A stretch of DNA of 64,000 bases, taken from positions 398,084 through 462,083 of the forward strand of contig ML992514.1 of the NCBI GenBank assembly GCA_010093995.1. Direction: 5' to 3'. The stretch comes from Elsinoe ampelina (Eukaryota). Below are positions 1 to 11,264 of this stretch, piece by piece. The notes under the pieces are model-generated. The model worked only from the letters and a program-made list of their open reading frames with translations. It had not been told where the DNA came from and did not search any database. The translations under genes were made by a program, and so were the position numbers. The first letter of the stretch is position 1, and every line of letters starts with the position of its first letter.

Positions 1-2
1 TG

Positions 3-2678
3 ATGCAAAGGTTTGCCAACGATCGGTGCTTCACTGGTCTCCTGTCGTTCTATCTTGATGCGGGCGGGGATGTTAATTTCATTGTCGACTTTGACCATCA
101 AGAAACATTGCTGCACAGAGCCTCCGAACTCGGACACAAGAAAGAAGTTCGTCTACTGTTGGAACGTTCAGCGGACGCGTCCGTCCAAAATTTGAACGCT
201 GAGACGGCGCTGCGGTGTCAGTATTATGAACCAAGAAATCAAGACAGGGACCCCCAAAAGCTAGATTGTGTGTCGATTCTCCATGATTTTGGAGCTGATG
301 TCAATGCGACGGATCGATGGGGAACCACACTTCTGCATAAATTAGCATCGTATTCACGACGTGCAGCATCGCTCCTCCTTTCTTTAGGGGCCGACATGTT
401 CATCCGCGGCAATGCCCCCAGATCAATTGGAAATGCATCAGCTTGGGAGGTAGCATGTGCAGGGCATTCGGAATGCGCATCCTTGTTCTTCCATTTCGCG
501 GAGTCTCATGGACTATTCTATGATGCTCGTTTAAGCTGCCTAGAGAAGTATAGCAGTCTTGAGCAGGCTGCCAGATTTGGCAATGTAGAGTTGGTTGCCA
601 TCCTGATCGCATACAGTCCTCGAGACCTGAACCACGTCAAGCGCGTCCATAGAGCCTTGCATCAAGCTCTGCTGCGTGGACACGCAGGCCTCACGGACAT
701 CTTGCTTGAAGCGATTCTGTCCATGGAAATTCTGGACCAAACAGAGACCTTGACTATTATCCTACAAGCGATTCGCAGTAGATCTGTCAGCATTTGTCAA
801 GCCGTTTTGCGGCAATTGAACGAAGAGATGTTGGACGACTCCTGCGGGTCGTCTTCAATGATGGTTTCTGCAGCAATGGGTGAATCGATAGCTTACAACG
901 AGAATCTTAGGCGCAGGGAATTCGTTTGGGCTAAAGAGCCGGAAGACGAGACGATTACGCCGACGACGACAGCAGCGCCGATTCTGGGATTTCTGCTTGT
1001 GAACGGCTGTTCCCTAACGGCATACCTTGATCCCCATGAGAGTGCGCTGCACGTTGCTGCCAATCAAGGTGACCTCTCTGCGATCGAATTCCTTTTGGCC
1101 CACGATTGCAATGTCAACGCGGTCTGCGCTCGCCATGGCACGCCTCTTCACGCGGCAGCTGCCCAAGGACAGCTGGAAACCTGCGAGCTTCTATTGCAAC
1201 ATGGTGCTGACGCGAATGCGTCTGTGACGCCATGGGGTAGCGTTCTGGCCGCTGCTGCGACGGCAGGTGAAGCCGCTCTCGCCGTGATTCAAGTTCTTGT
1301 TCGATATGGGACAGTCACGACGAAACCTAGTCGGGGCCAGGAATGCGCTGTCTATCGCGCAGCAGAGGTAGGCGACTTGACGACAACGCGTTACCTTGTG
1401 GCCTTGGGTGCGGACTATCAAAAGCCCGTGGGCTATTTCGGCAGTCCTCTGCAGGCTGCTTGCGCTAGGGCCCATACTGACGTGGTTGCTTATCTTGTTG
1501 GCATTGGAGCAGATCCTTGTTTGACACAACCCAGAGGAAGTCCGCTAGAGCTTGCATTGAAGCGAGCCCATTTTGGCCCCCGACAAGCAGACACAGTGAT
1601 GCTCCTGCTCAACACGGTAGATTCCAACACGAGCTCCTGTAATGGTTCCCCATTGAACATCGCTACCCGCATAGACCGCCTTACGAGGTTATGCGCAATG
1701 TTGCTGAGTGCGGGTGCTGATCCGGATCACGTCGGACCTAATGGAACCCCACTCTATGTTGCTATCGCTCGCGGGCATCAAGAAATGGTCAAGCTCCTCC
1801 TGGAATATGGTGCAGACATCGGTGTTGGTGCCATGTCGGGTTCGAGTCAGCGCCCTGATCGTTCCGGGCGCTCTGGTAGTATTGCTAGTCCAGACCGTCT
1901 CCTGGACGCAAATACACTCTCGGGTGAGGCATCAGGATCAGCTACTCCATTACAGCTCGCATTAACTATATCATTCGATTTCACGCCGCGTGGTCATTTC
2001 GCTGATGACTATCTTACACCATGCTTGGAATGTCAGAAGGAGTTGTGGACAAGAGAATCGTCATACTGCCTCGGCAAAGGCACATATATTCGACCATCTC
2101 AGTCTTGTGCAAGGTGGGTCTCGCCGTCACAATCGTCCTGCGCAGAACCTCTTCCGGGTCGTGATCTCGCGATTAGCGACGCAAACTTCACTGCGGCCAC
2201 AATGGAGGACGTAGCGCGGTTGATGCCTGATTGGGCAGAGCACGAAAAGCTCCAATGGATGATGCCATGGTCACCTGGAAAGCTGCTGTCCGAGGATAGG
2301 AGGACCATGGGCCATAGGTCTAAGATTGTAGCGCTTCTTCTCGAGCGAGGTGCAGACATCTTCCAGCAAGGCCCTCATGGCTCGGCTCTCGATTTGGCTA
2401 AGAGGTGGAAGCCTTGGACTGCGGCACGTCGGCTTGTCGAGGAACAAGTCGATCAAATATCCATTGAGCATTTAGGAATGCTACGCTCGCGACAAGAAGT
2501 AACGAAGAATCTATTGCGGATATGGCGGCGGTCCCGGAGAAGCCTTCCAAATTTCAAAGACGGAGCGCAGACGTGTATCACAGTCAAGCAAGCCATAGGT
2601 AAGCCCACGTGGAGTCCTTCGGTATTCCGCAGTGGTGAGAATGCATTGCTTACGGTCGCCCGTAAGCACGGTATCTAG
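3..2678 (+). CDS. Ankyrin-repeat protein (probably 5'-truncated by the window edge; possibly the C-terminal part of an NLR-like protein)
   Basis: 891-aa ORF with many ankyrin motifs (TLLHRASELGH, ALHVAANQGD, TPLHAAAAQGQ, SPLQAACARAH, TPLYVAIARGHQEMVKLLLEYGAD). There is no in-frame stop before nt 3. Confidence 0.85.
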   Translation: MQRFANDRCFTGLLSFYLDAGGDVNFIVDFDHQETLLHRASELGHKKEVRLLLERSADASVQNLNAETALRCQYYEPRNQDRDPQKLDCVSILHDFGADVNATDRWGTTLLHKLASYSRRAASLLLSLGADMFIRGNAPRSIGNASAWEVACAGHSECASLFFHFAESHGLFYDARLSCLEKYSSLEQAARFGNVELVAILIAYSPRDLNHVKRVHRALHQALLRGHAGLTDILLEAILSMEILDQTETLTIILQAIRSRSVSICQAVLRQLNEEMLDDSCGSSSMMVSAAMGESIAYNENLRRREFVWAKEPEDETITPTTTAAPILGFLLVNGCSLTAYLDPHESALHVAANQGDLSAIEFLLAHDCNVNAVCARHGTPLHAAAAQGQLETCELLLQHGADANASVTPWGSVLAAAATAGEAALAVIQVLVRYGTVTTKPSRGQECAVYRAAEVGDLTTTRYLVALGADYQKPVGYFGSPLQAACARAHTDVVAYLVGIGADPCLTQPRGSPLELALKRAHFGPRQADTVMLLLNTVDSNTSSCNGSPLNIATRIDRLTRLCAMLLSAGADPDHVGPNGTPLYVAIARGHQEMVKLLLEYGADIGVGAMSGSSQRPDRSGRSGSIASPDRLLDANTLSGEASGSATPLQLALTISFDFTPRGHFADDYLTPCLECQKELWTRESSYCLGKGTYIRPSQSCARWVSPSQSSCAEPLPGRDLAISDANFTAATMEDVARLMPDWAEHEKLQWMMPWSPGKLLSEDRRTMGHRSKIVALLLERGADIFQQGPHGSALDLAKRWKPWTAARRLVEEQVDQISIEHLGMLRSRQEVTKNLLRIWRRSRRSLPNFKDGAQTCITVKQAIGKPTWSPSVFRSGENALLTVARKHGI

Positions 2679-2838
2679 TTTGGACGAGAAGACTTGATAA
2701 TTTGGGCATGCAGTGTACTGTTTGGTCAATTGCAACATGTATGTAAGTCGAAGAGCGAGACCAAATCCCGTACGCCACGCTGTATCCTTGAGCACTAATT
2801 ATGTACAACCCCAACCCACACCCACCTCTCCGTGCCCA

Positions 2839-4764
2839 TTACTTCCTGGGCGTACTATTCAACCCCCTCCCCCTCGGCCCCTCAAACCCTCCGCTGCCTA
2901 ACTCCCCCATCTCCACGCCCTCTTTCTCCCCACCCTTCCTCTCCCCACCCTTCCTCTCCCTCTTCCTCCTCGTCTCCCCCATCCTCATATCCCCCTCCAC
3001 CCACCTCCCCTTGAACCGCAAATACGTCGGCGGCCTCGGCCTACAAAACACATGCACGAAATTCCTCCACCAACTCTTCGTATCAAACGGCCTATGCCTG
3101 TCCTTCTTGAGGAACTTGTGGCTGTTGAGGTACTCCCTTGTGCTTTCCCCACGGAGGATCAGGAAGATGTGATAACCCCAGAGACTCATGGGGTAGAACA
3201 TCGCTAGCACACTGTACGCGACGAGCGCCATGGCGCCGCGGAGTTGCCAGTTCCGACCTAGTGACAAGACGACGGAAATGGGTTGGTCGTTGCGCGACAT
3301 CCAGAGGAGGATATGCGCGAGGGAGGCGCCGAAGCAGTACCACGAGAGAAAGGTGCCGGACATGACGAACGTGAAGAAGTAGCGGTAGTTGCGGCGGCCG
3401 ACGCAATTGTTGAGCCAGACGCAGTGGTGGTCCTGGGTTTCCATGCAGGCGTCGCAGACGCGGCAGTGGTGGGCGCGGGGAGGGCGCCAGATGTTGCAGG
3501 ATTTGCAATATTTGACGGGGACTTCCATGGCGGTGGGAGGGGCGGAAGGGTCGACGGGGCCGGTGGGCCAGGCTTTGACCATGGTCCAATCGGAGAGGTT
3601 GGGGCCGACGGCGAGGGGGTCGTCGTCAGATTGGTCGCGTGGGTGGGGATGGAGGTTGCGGGGCAGGATACCGGGGTCGGAGAAGGAGGCGTGGAGGTAG
3701 GACGATATGCATATGTAGAAGATATAGCCGAAGATTATGGGAATCGCTGGAGAGACTACGCGCCAGAGGTATGAGGCGGAGAAGGCGAAGAAGAGAGCGG
3801 TGGGGAGGATAGCGAGGAACCCAGTGAGGGCGTTGAGGGGCTTTTGGCGAGCATTGAGGAGACGGCCTTGACAAAGGAAGACGGCATTGCCGTTGTAGTA
3901 TTCGTAGTTGCGGCCGAGATTTGCTTGGACTGGTCGTTTGTCCAGAGTCGACTCTGGCGAGGAAGGACCTGACTCCAGCCGTCTGTGTCCAAGATCCTTC
4001 TCTTTGCTTCTACTGCTTCGACTTTGCCAGCCGAAGGATGTTCGTAATGACTTTGAGTTGCTTCTTTCCGGTGTGGCCAGTCCCATGGGCTGATCCAGCG
4101 GAGCGGGTCGCAAAGGCGCTTTGCTACCTTGACTCCGGACGCTCCTGATGTTTGCGCCTAGCTCTGGTGAGCTGTTGTTTGTGGTCGTGCCATCGTCTCT
4201 TGACGGTGGTACAGGTGGCGCATCAGAATCCACCAGTGGCCGCTGGTTTTGTTCGACCGTCACTATTGATGCATCGCTCCGCCGCGGCCGATGTCCTTTC
4301 TTTTGGCTTCGCAGTGTTTCCTCGCTCGGTCTCGGTAGGTTGTGATCAATCGGCGGCGACATGGGTCTGTTCTTCTCTTCGCGCAACTGTTTCGAGCTCA
4401 TTGGGTGGAAAAATGTCGCTGATGTGATGTTTGGGACATGCGTTCGGCTTGCCGAAGTGTCCGGTCTCGAAGAGTCCGTCGTCCAACTCGTCCGGCTGAT
4501 GTTTGGCTGCGGCGACCCCATACCTGACCGCGACGAGGTAAAGGCAGGTCGGAGAGGTGCGCGCGACGAGGTTCCAGTGACTACAGAGACAGGTCGCGAA
4601 GGTGGAAGTCCAGGTTCGCCAACGGAGCCGGTGATGCCTTGGATTGGCAGATCGTTGTCGCTACTGTTGAGATTGAAGAAATCGATGCGCCGAGCGCCAT
4701 CTTCGACCGGTGTCGACTCTTCATAGAACGACGAGTCCTTCTCGGACCCATCGTGAGACCGCAT
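2839..4764 (-). CDS. ERF2: DHHC palmitoyltransferase (Erf2-like, Ras palmitoyltransferase)
   Basis: DHHC cysteine-rich domain KYCKSCNIWRPPRAHHCRVCDACMETQDHHCVWLNNCVGRRNYRYF, four hydrophobic segments, and an Erf2-like RNYEYYNGNAVFLCQGRL motif. Single exon. Confidence 0.9.
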   Translation of the reverse strand: MRSHDGSEKDSSFYEESTPVEDGARRIDFFNLNSSDNDLPIQGITGSVGEPGLPPSRPVSVVTGTSSRAPLRPAFTSSRSGMGSPQPNISRTSWTTDSSRPDTSASRTHVPNITSATFFHPMSSKQLREEKNRPMSPPIDHNLPRPSEETLRSQKKGHRPRRSDASIVTVEQNQRPLVDSDAPPVPPSRDDGTTTNNSSPELGANIRSVRSQGSKAPLRPAPLDQPMGLATPERSNSKSLRTSFGWQSRSSRSKEKDLGHRRLESGPSSPESTLDKRPVQANLGRNYEYYNGNAVFLCQGRLLNARQKPLNALTGFLAILPTALFFAFSASYLWRVVSPAIPIIFGYIFYICISSYLHASFSDPGILPRNLHPHPRDQSDDDPLAVGPNLSDWTMVKAWPTGPVDPSAPPTAMEVPVKYCKSCNIWRPPRAHHCRVCDACMETQDHHCVWLNNCVGRRNYRYFFTFVMSGTFLSWYCFGASLAHILLWMSRNDQPISVVLSLGRNWQLRGAMALVAYSVLAMFYPMSLWGYHIFLILRGESTREYLNSHKFLKKDRHRPFDTKSWWRNFVHVFCRPRPPTYLRFKGRWVEGDMRMGETRRKRERKGGERKGGEKEGVEMGELGSGGFEGPRGRGLNSTPRK

Positions 4765-5261
4765 ATCGCTCCAGCCGCGTTACCAGCGATGTCCGGCTTG
4801 TTGATGAAGCGTGGTTGGTGTATAGATTGAGTCGGCCCACATATTAAGGTCGTCGGATGTCGTAGTCGTCGTGAATGTCGCAGCCAGCAGTGAATAGTCG
4901 GCTCAATCGTTCATGCGGCAGTGCAGCCTTGTGTATCTGCCTGCGAGCACTTTTGGTCGTCCGAGATACGCATCAACGTGCATCAAACGGGGCTGCATGA
5001 ACATTTGCCCTGGCGTTTTGGGCTTCACGTCATTAAACTAGTCCAAATTGGGAGGCCGTGCCAAACTCACGGGCTCTCAAGCGACGGACAAGCGTAAAGT
5101 GAAATACCGTGAGAGGCAGGGACAGAGCAGAGCCGCAGAAAAGCTCCCCGGGTTCGACCGAGGTTGTTCCGACGCTTCGCGATGTCATCTCTTGAATGCA
5201 CTTGAACCTCATTTGTGACCCGCAAGGATACACCAATTGAATCATTCACAACACCTCAAAC

Positions 5262-5832
5262 ATGTCGATGATGATCCGAAGAGCGGCCTTGAGGCCCATG
5301 TTCCGTCCTACTCGCCCTGTCTTCGCCAGTGGCGTCAATGCCGGAGCTACCGACCCAGCGACGCAAGAGCAGAGAGAAGTGAGCAAGAATAGGGTCAAGG
5401 AGGGTGCGAAGCGGGATCCTGAGCTATACGTACGTCTTACTGGGACACACTACTGGTGGGATATGAGAGAAAAAGGCCAGCGTTAACATTGATGAACAGG
5501 TTCTTTTCGCGATCATGTCCGGAGCTTTCGGTCTTGCAGGCTGGTATTTTAGCAGACACTCGACTGCAGGCGTACCCGAGCGCGACGTAGCAAAGGTACC
5601 TGGTTCAGAACCTTGGAACACTGGCAAGGAGGGTCCATACGAATATCACCCAGGAGGTGACCCATCGAGGGGCAGGAAGAACGCACCAAGCGCCTTGAAC
5701 GAGGTCATCATTCCCAATGTCAACTTGCCAAAGGTGAGCTTACGACAAATTGATGCTTATGGACAATGTATATTGACTGTCTTGTAGGACCTCCATGACA
5801 AGTACAACAAATGGGGTAAGGAAGGATACTAG
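5262..5832 (+). CDS. Small mitochondrial single-TM protein, MLRQ/NDUFA4(COXFA4)-like
   Basis: Exons 5262-5429, 5500-5733 and 5788-5832 (GTACGT..CAG and GTGAGC..TAG introns). The product has an Arg-rich presequence, then KRDPELYVLFAIMSGAFGLAGWYF, and ends DLHDKYNKWGKEGY*. Family assigned from motif recall. Confidence 0.7.
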
Positions 5833-6607
5833 ATTGGCCCATCGGATTCACAGATTCATCCCCCGAGAACAAAGCCAGGCTTAATGCCCGCTTTTACAAT
5901 TAGCCACCAGACACACCGATCAGCATAGAAGTATCCAAAGCCATCTTCTCATTCACAGGCGCCCAGACTGTACGCCGACAACAAATACAACATCGTGTGA
6001 AGATGACTGAACACAATCCTGCCATCTCCAGTTCAACGTTACTAAAGCCACTCCGTCTTACGTTGCCCAGAGTCACAACCTGACAAAATTTGCGCCAATC
6101 AGAGATACTAATTCCTGTGGCTCTATAAGCGCTAGATCCCCCGAGCATACGGTATTTAAAGTAGTACTCTCCATCGATTGGAGCTTGGCGCACGTCACTC
6201 ACGGTCGAATTGCTTCGCAGCTTCTAAAATAATTTATAGCTGCTTCTACACCTTGACGCTCTGCAACCTGGATCTCTTCTAATGCCTCCCGACGGTTCTT
6301 CAGGCTTTCCAGACGAAGCGGGATAATCATCTCGAAATGCACTGAATACACCTGCTCCTCTTCCGCTCTGGGACATGTAAGCTGATCATGGACTTGAAGG
6401 CGCCCCCTCTCACGTAATCCTGTTATTATCATTTGCTGCAAGATGCTCGTGAAGGTATTAACATGTATTGTTCTAGACCGAGCATACAGCACCATGTCGT
6501 CCAGCTGAAGCGAGGCTCACTAATCCATCTGTCCCATCTCACCCTTGCTACTGCTATATAGGATATGATGCCGTAGCAGCTACAAGCGAAACACTCCAAA
6601 CTCCAAC

Positions 6608-8260
6608 ATGCTCCTTCCAACGCAGAACAGTCTTACCCTTGTCGTTAGCGCAGTCGCTGTTGGAGTGCTCTTGGTATGCATGACTTCGTCGTGAACGACT
6701 ATAGCTAATGTTTCTCAGTTGCTCGTCCGCGCCTTGACCAATCCCCTGAAACATGTGCCTGGACCCTACCACTCTCTCTTCACACGCTTACCTCTGAAAT
6801 GGGCCATCTTGTCAGGCAGACGCATTTATTATGTCGACTCGCTCCATGCAAAGTATGGACCCTTTGTCCGCATCAGTCCTGTCGAGGTGTCTGTCAGTGA
6901 TGCTGGAGCTTTCTCAGAGATTCATCGTGTGGGAACGAGCTTCAGGAAGAGCGACTGGTATCACTCATTCACACAGCAGAAGGACCGGTTCTCTCTCCTT
7001 ACAATGACCGACCAGAGAGCCCATGCCAGCCGTCGTAGATTGTTCGCGCGACCTCTCAGCCATAGCTTCCTGCTCGACAACTGGCATGATTTTATCGCGG
7101 AGAAGGCGAGATTAGCCGCACAGGAGATCCACTATGCTGCGACTACTGGTGAGCGAAAGGCCAATGTACTCGATTGGTTCACTTTCATGGCGAACGACGT
7201 GGTCGGGCGACTGATGTATGGACAAAGCTTTGGCAATCTCGAGAGAGGCACAGTGGGTCCTTTTATATCATTCATGCGCAGCATCTGCGCCTCTATGTGT
7301 TTATCGCTGACCTCTCCCAACACAGGCATCACTGATGATGGAGAACGTTATGACCAGAGTCAAAGTCGGAGTAATCGCTGAGGAGCTCCCAATCATCAAG
7401 GCTGTGGCAGCGCTATTCGACTACCTACCACAACGTATGGCTCCATTACTTTTCCAATCCCATTCTCGGGGGAAACAGTACGGTGCCGAATCCACCCAGA
7501 GCATCAAATCAAGCCAAGAATCCACCAATATCTTCCACATCATCGCATCTGAAGCCGAGAAGGGCGACGTCCTAGATGATGAAGACATTCAGACTGAAGC
7601 TATCACCTTTACAGTCGCAGGGACTGACACGACCGGTGTCTCACTCGCCTACTTGGTGTGGTGCGTCCTGTCGCGACCCGACTTGCAGGCCAAGCTTGAG
7701 AATGAAGTCGCAGGACTGCCGGATAACTACCGCGATTCTGATGTTGAGCGCCTGCCATTACTCAACGCTATTCTAGCCGAGTCTCTACGACTGTACACTG
7801 CGGCTCCCGGTACTCTCCCGCGGGTTGTACCCTCTACTGGAGTCATTATGGGCGGACTATCCCTACCACCCTCGACCATTGTCAGCACTCAAGCCTACAC
7901 ATACCACAGGGATCCGAAACTCTTCCCAAATCCTCATGAGTAATACTCTCCGATCGCAATATCTCGCATGCATACATGACTGACTTTGATTTCCCCAGAT
8001 TCCTGCCTTCGCGCTGGCTAGACGGCCAAGTCTCACCAGCGGCCAAGAAGATCTACCATCCTCTCGGTGCCGGCTCTCGTTCGTGCGTCGGCATACATCT
8101 GGCGTACATGGAGATGCGTCTGGCGATTGCCGAGTTCTTCAGAGTCTGCAGAGGAGCCCGGCTGGCTGACTCGTGCACACCCGAATCGATGGAGATGGAG
8201 AACCACTTCTTGGTCACCCCAATTGCGCACAAGTGTGAGATTGTGCTGCCGGAGGTATGA
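6608..8260 (+). CDS. Cytochrome P450 monooxygenase
   Basis: ATG at 6608 with an N-terminal membrane anchor and three introns (ending 6718, 7325, 7998). Motifs: LHAKYGPFVRISP, I-helix AGTDTT, ExxR (ESLR), PSRW, heme motif PLGAGSRSCVG. Confidence 0.93.
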
Positions 8261-8456
8261 GCATGGGGGACTATGTCCGCTCTACTGCCCGGCCAGAACT
8301 AGCACATTGCATTGCATAGCGTATCACACTTGGGCTCATTCACAGGCGTTTCTTCTTTCCTATCGGGACCCAGTCTATACACTCACTTGGCCTTGAACAT
8401 CAGATCTACATGATAGCCTCAAATTGCCATCCATATACAAGCCCCATCCCCATCCC

Positions 8457-9597
8457 CTAGCTAATCAACCTCATCACCACCTCCACCGTCGCGAACGTCC
8501 CCGCACTAACCGGCATCGCCCTCAACAACGTCGGCCCAATCCCCTTCCAAAACCCCGCCAACCCCTCCCTCCGATACGTCTGCCCAAACGCATCCCTCAT
8601 GCTCCGATAAACCTGCTTCTCCCCAAACCCGTCACTCTGCATCTTACTCTTGACCACATCGAAAGGGTAACTACTCAACCACAACATCTCCCCGGCCAAA
8701 CCTCCATACGCCGCGATTTTCCACGTGGGAATCTCCTTGCGCTCGATGGAGTTGCGCCGCGCGTCGGCTTGCATCATGTACTCGAACGAGAGGAACCACA
8801 TGCCGTACGCCTGGGCCTCGCGCAGGAGGGTGACGGACGTGCCGCGGTAGACGCCGCTGAAGAAGCCCGCGTGGGAGGAGAGTTTCCGGATGCAGTCCAA
8901 GGGACCGGAGTACAGTCTCCCCGCGCCATGGGGTTGTGTCTGCAGCCGGATACGGATATGCTCGATTGGCGCAGAGAGGGGCGTGTTGGCTATACCAGCG
9001 AATGCGCCGGCGAGGTAGTACTGGGAGTAGGACAGGGGAGGGGGGGTTGAGCCGGGGAGGGCAGGGAGGGAGGAAGAGGAGGCGTTTTGTCGCTCGAAGT
9101 AGCGGCGGGCGTAGTGGAAGCCGCCGAATTGGACGGAGACGCAGGCGCCGATGCCGATGAGCGGGGTGAGGGTGCCTTTGTAGAAGGAGGAGGCGCCTTC
9201 GTTTTTGAGGATCGAGGAGGCGCAGGAGAGGGCGTTGGGGTAGGTGGTGGTGGTTTGGAGGCGGACTTTGACGATGTCTGCTGGGTTAGGAGGGGGGAGT
9301 GGGAGGGGACGGGGGAAGGGGAGGTACCGAATGGTTGGCCTGGGTGTCAATCAGTATCGGGATGAGAAAGTGTTTGTGGAGATGTTGCTGGTATGCTTTG
9401 GTGATATCTCCGAGATCGGAGGAAATTGTGAATGGAGTGAGAAAGCAGCAACAGAAGCATTGAGGAGTAGAGAGTCGCTGAACTTGGCTAGACATACCTA
9501 GCAATACCTGTGCAACACCCCCGACAGCTCCTGAGAACAAATCTTTCGCGGTCTGCTTCAGGCCCTGCTCCTCTATCACTTCCACCGCGTCCGCCAT
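8457..9597 (-). CDS. YMC1: Mitochondrial carrier protein Ymc1/Ymc2-like
   Basis: Exons 9597-9498, 9339-9328 (12 nt) and 9277-8457 give DLFSGAVGGVAQVLLGQPFDIVKVRLQ. Three PxD/ExxK/RxRxQ-type signatures (PFDIVKVRLQ, PIEHIRIRLQ, PFDVVKSKMQ), plus FYKGTLTPLIGIGACVSVQF. Confidence 0.88.
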
Positions 9598-9932
9598 GGT
9601 CGTGGCGTGAGGGGCCTGACGACGACGCGCGCGAAGTGTTTGCTGACGACGTTACTATTGCGATTGGAATGACCAAGCCCAAATCGCTATGTTGAATCAA
9701 AGAGAAGCACAATAGTGAGATGTAAAAATCATGGGGAGGTATTTCGCTGAACGACGACCGAAAAGCTCTGAATTGCGTGATTGGCTGAAAGCGCCAAGAT
9801 CGGAGTTCAAAGGGGTACCGGAGGTGACAGGAAGGAGGACAACTATGTGCTACTATTTTCCATAGATTCATATGACCATTCCAGTGATGCTATGCTAGGC
9901 ATGGTCTCATTAGATTCATAACAATGTGAGAC

Positions 9933-11264
9933 TCAATCTGACTTGAATCTCCTACCGCCACCTTTCTGCCACAACCAGATTGCCTCCGTAGCGTATGCCT
10001 GTGCGCTGACATGTTTACCATTCTTGCCTTCCGTCTCGGCTGTGCACATTTCAATGATCTGCTCTCTTTCCACTTCCCTCCATAGCCCTCGAGCGAGCTC
10101 AGCAATAGTATCCTCGGCCCCAACAGTGCCTTCTTTGCCTTCGCTGGGGTTGCCGAATTCGCCGCTCCCGAGCCTGTACAGTATTCGACCGAGCGTCTGA
10201 TACGCTATACATCTTTGGGACGGTAGCGTAGACCTTGCAAGCCTGGCTAGCTCGGGAATAGTGTACCCGGCCGCATCTGGTGCCTCGCCGTGGTGATGGA
10301 GACCAGCTGTCACAGGTATCTCGGCTGCGGTCGATGGTGGGATCAGAGCGCCCGAGAAAGAGAAGCGAATGTCCTTTGGATCTAGTCCAGTCTGAGAAGG
10401 CGAGTATGAGCTTGGTCCCGTGGCTGGGCGCATCCATTCTAGCTTGTCGGGATCTGCCGGTAAAGATGGGAAGTACTTTTGATGCAGATCTTCCAAGAAC
10501 GATGCACTTGATGGATCGAGTTCTGGTGGCTGCTTTGGTCGTGGAAAATGTATGCTGTCAACCGGTAATGATGAGGGAGCTGTAGTCAAATTATCCGTTT
10601 GCTCTCCACCAGTCTGTTCAACCGAGTCTTCTGCACCCGCAACGTCTTTCAGCTCTGGTTCAGCACCGAGAGGACGTTCCTCGTCGTGAATGTCCTGGCT
10701 GAAAGCGACCTTCTTCGGTGACCCCTTCGTCTTCTTGCTCACAATGGCCTCGTCGTTAGCAATTTCGAGCCCAGGGAAATCGGCATCGTCGCCACCAGGC
10801 TTGTACTCAGCTCTCCGCAGAAGCGCCTGCAGAAGGGCTGGATTGATTGAGTCGAGCAGTTCTTGCCGCTCCTCCTGGATTTCTGATTCGCTCATGGAGT
10901 CAAGCTTCAACCTGTTCTCCAGATCAATTTGACGCTTCTCGTCATCTGCGGCCTTTACGGCGGCTTCGGGCGGTACCCGTGTAGATGGTGCCACATGTTG
11001 AGATGGCGAGGACGCATTCGCTTTTGCTTGATCTCCACCGGAACGCGCTGACTTGAAGCGAGACTGACCTAGCCTTTTCTTATGGGCTGGAAAGCCATTT
11101 TCTGATGCTCGTGAAGCCGGTGGCTTCGGCGGCGCAGCAGGGCTGACGGTGCGCTCCTGGACGTCGCCAACGAAATTGAAGCCCGATGGTGCTTCATCTA
11201 TGTCCCGTATTGTCGGTCCGCCGTCGTCGAGATCAATGTGTACCTTTTGACCCCGAATTGCCAT
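9933..11264 (-). CDS. RBA50: RNA polymerase II assembly factor Rba50/RPAP1
   Basis: RPAP1_N-like IDLENRLKLDSMSESEIQEERQELL and RPAP1_C-like GLHHHGEAPDAAGYTIPELARLARSTLPSQRCIAYQTLGRILYRL. First ATG at 11264. Confidence 0.88.
   Translation of the reverse strand: MAIRGQKVHIDLDDGGPTIRDIDEAPSGFNFVGDVQERTVSPAAPPKPPASRASENGFPAHKKRLGQSRFKSARSGGDQAKANASSPSQHVAPSTRVPPEAAVKAADDEKRQIDLENRLKLDSMSESEIQEERQELLDSINPALLQALLRRAEYKPGGDDADFPGLEIANDEAIVSKKTKGSPKKVAFSQDIHDEERPLGAEPELKDVAGAEDSVEQTGGEQTDNLTTAPSSLPVDSIHFPRPKQPPELDPSSASFLEDLHQKYFPSLPADPDKLEWMRPATGPSSYSPSQTGLDPKDIRFSFSGALIPPSTAAEIPVTAGLHHHGEAPDAAGYTIPELARLARSTLPSQRCIAYQTLGRILYRLGSGEFGNPSEGKEGTVGAEDTIAELARGLWREVEREQIIEMCTAETEGKNGKHVSAQAYATEAIWLWQKGGGRRFKSD

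Noticed and set aside
5900..6495. Two abutting minus-strand ORFs (98 and 100 aa) with possible splice signals between the MLRQ-like and P450 genes
   Set aside because: No recognisable motif and no convincing gene model. An orphan gene cannot be excluded without RNA-seq.
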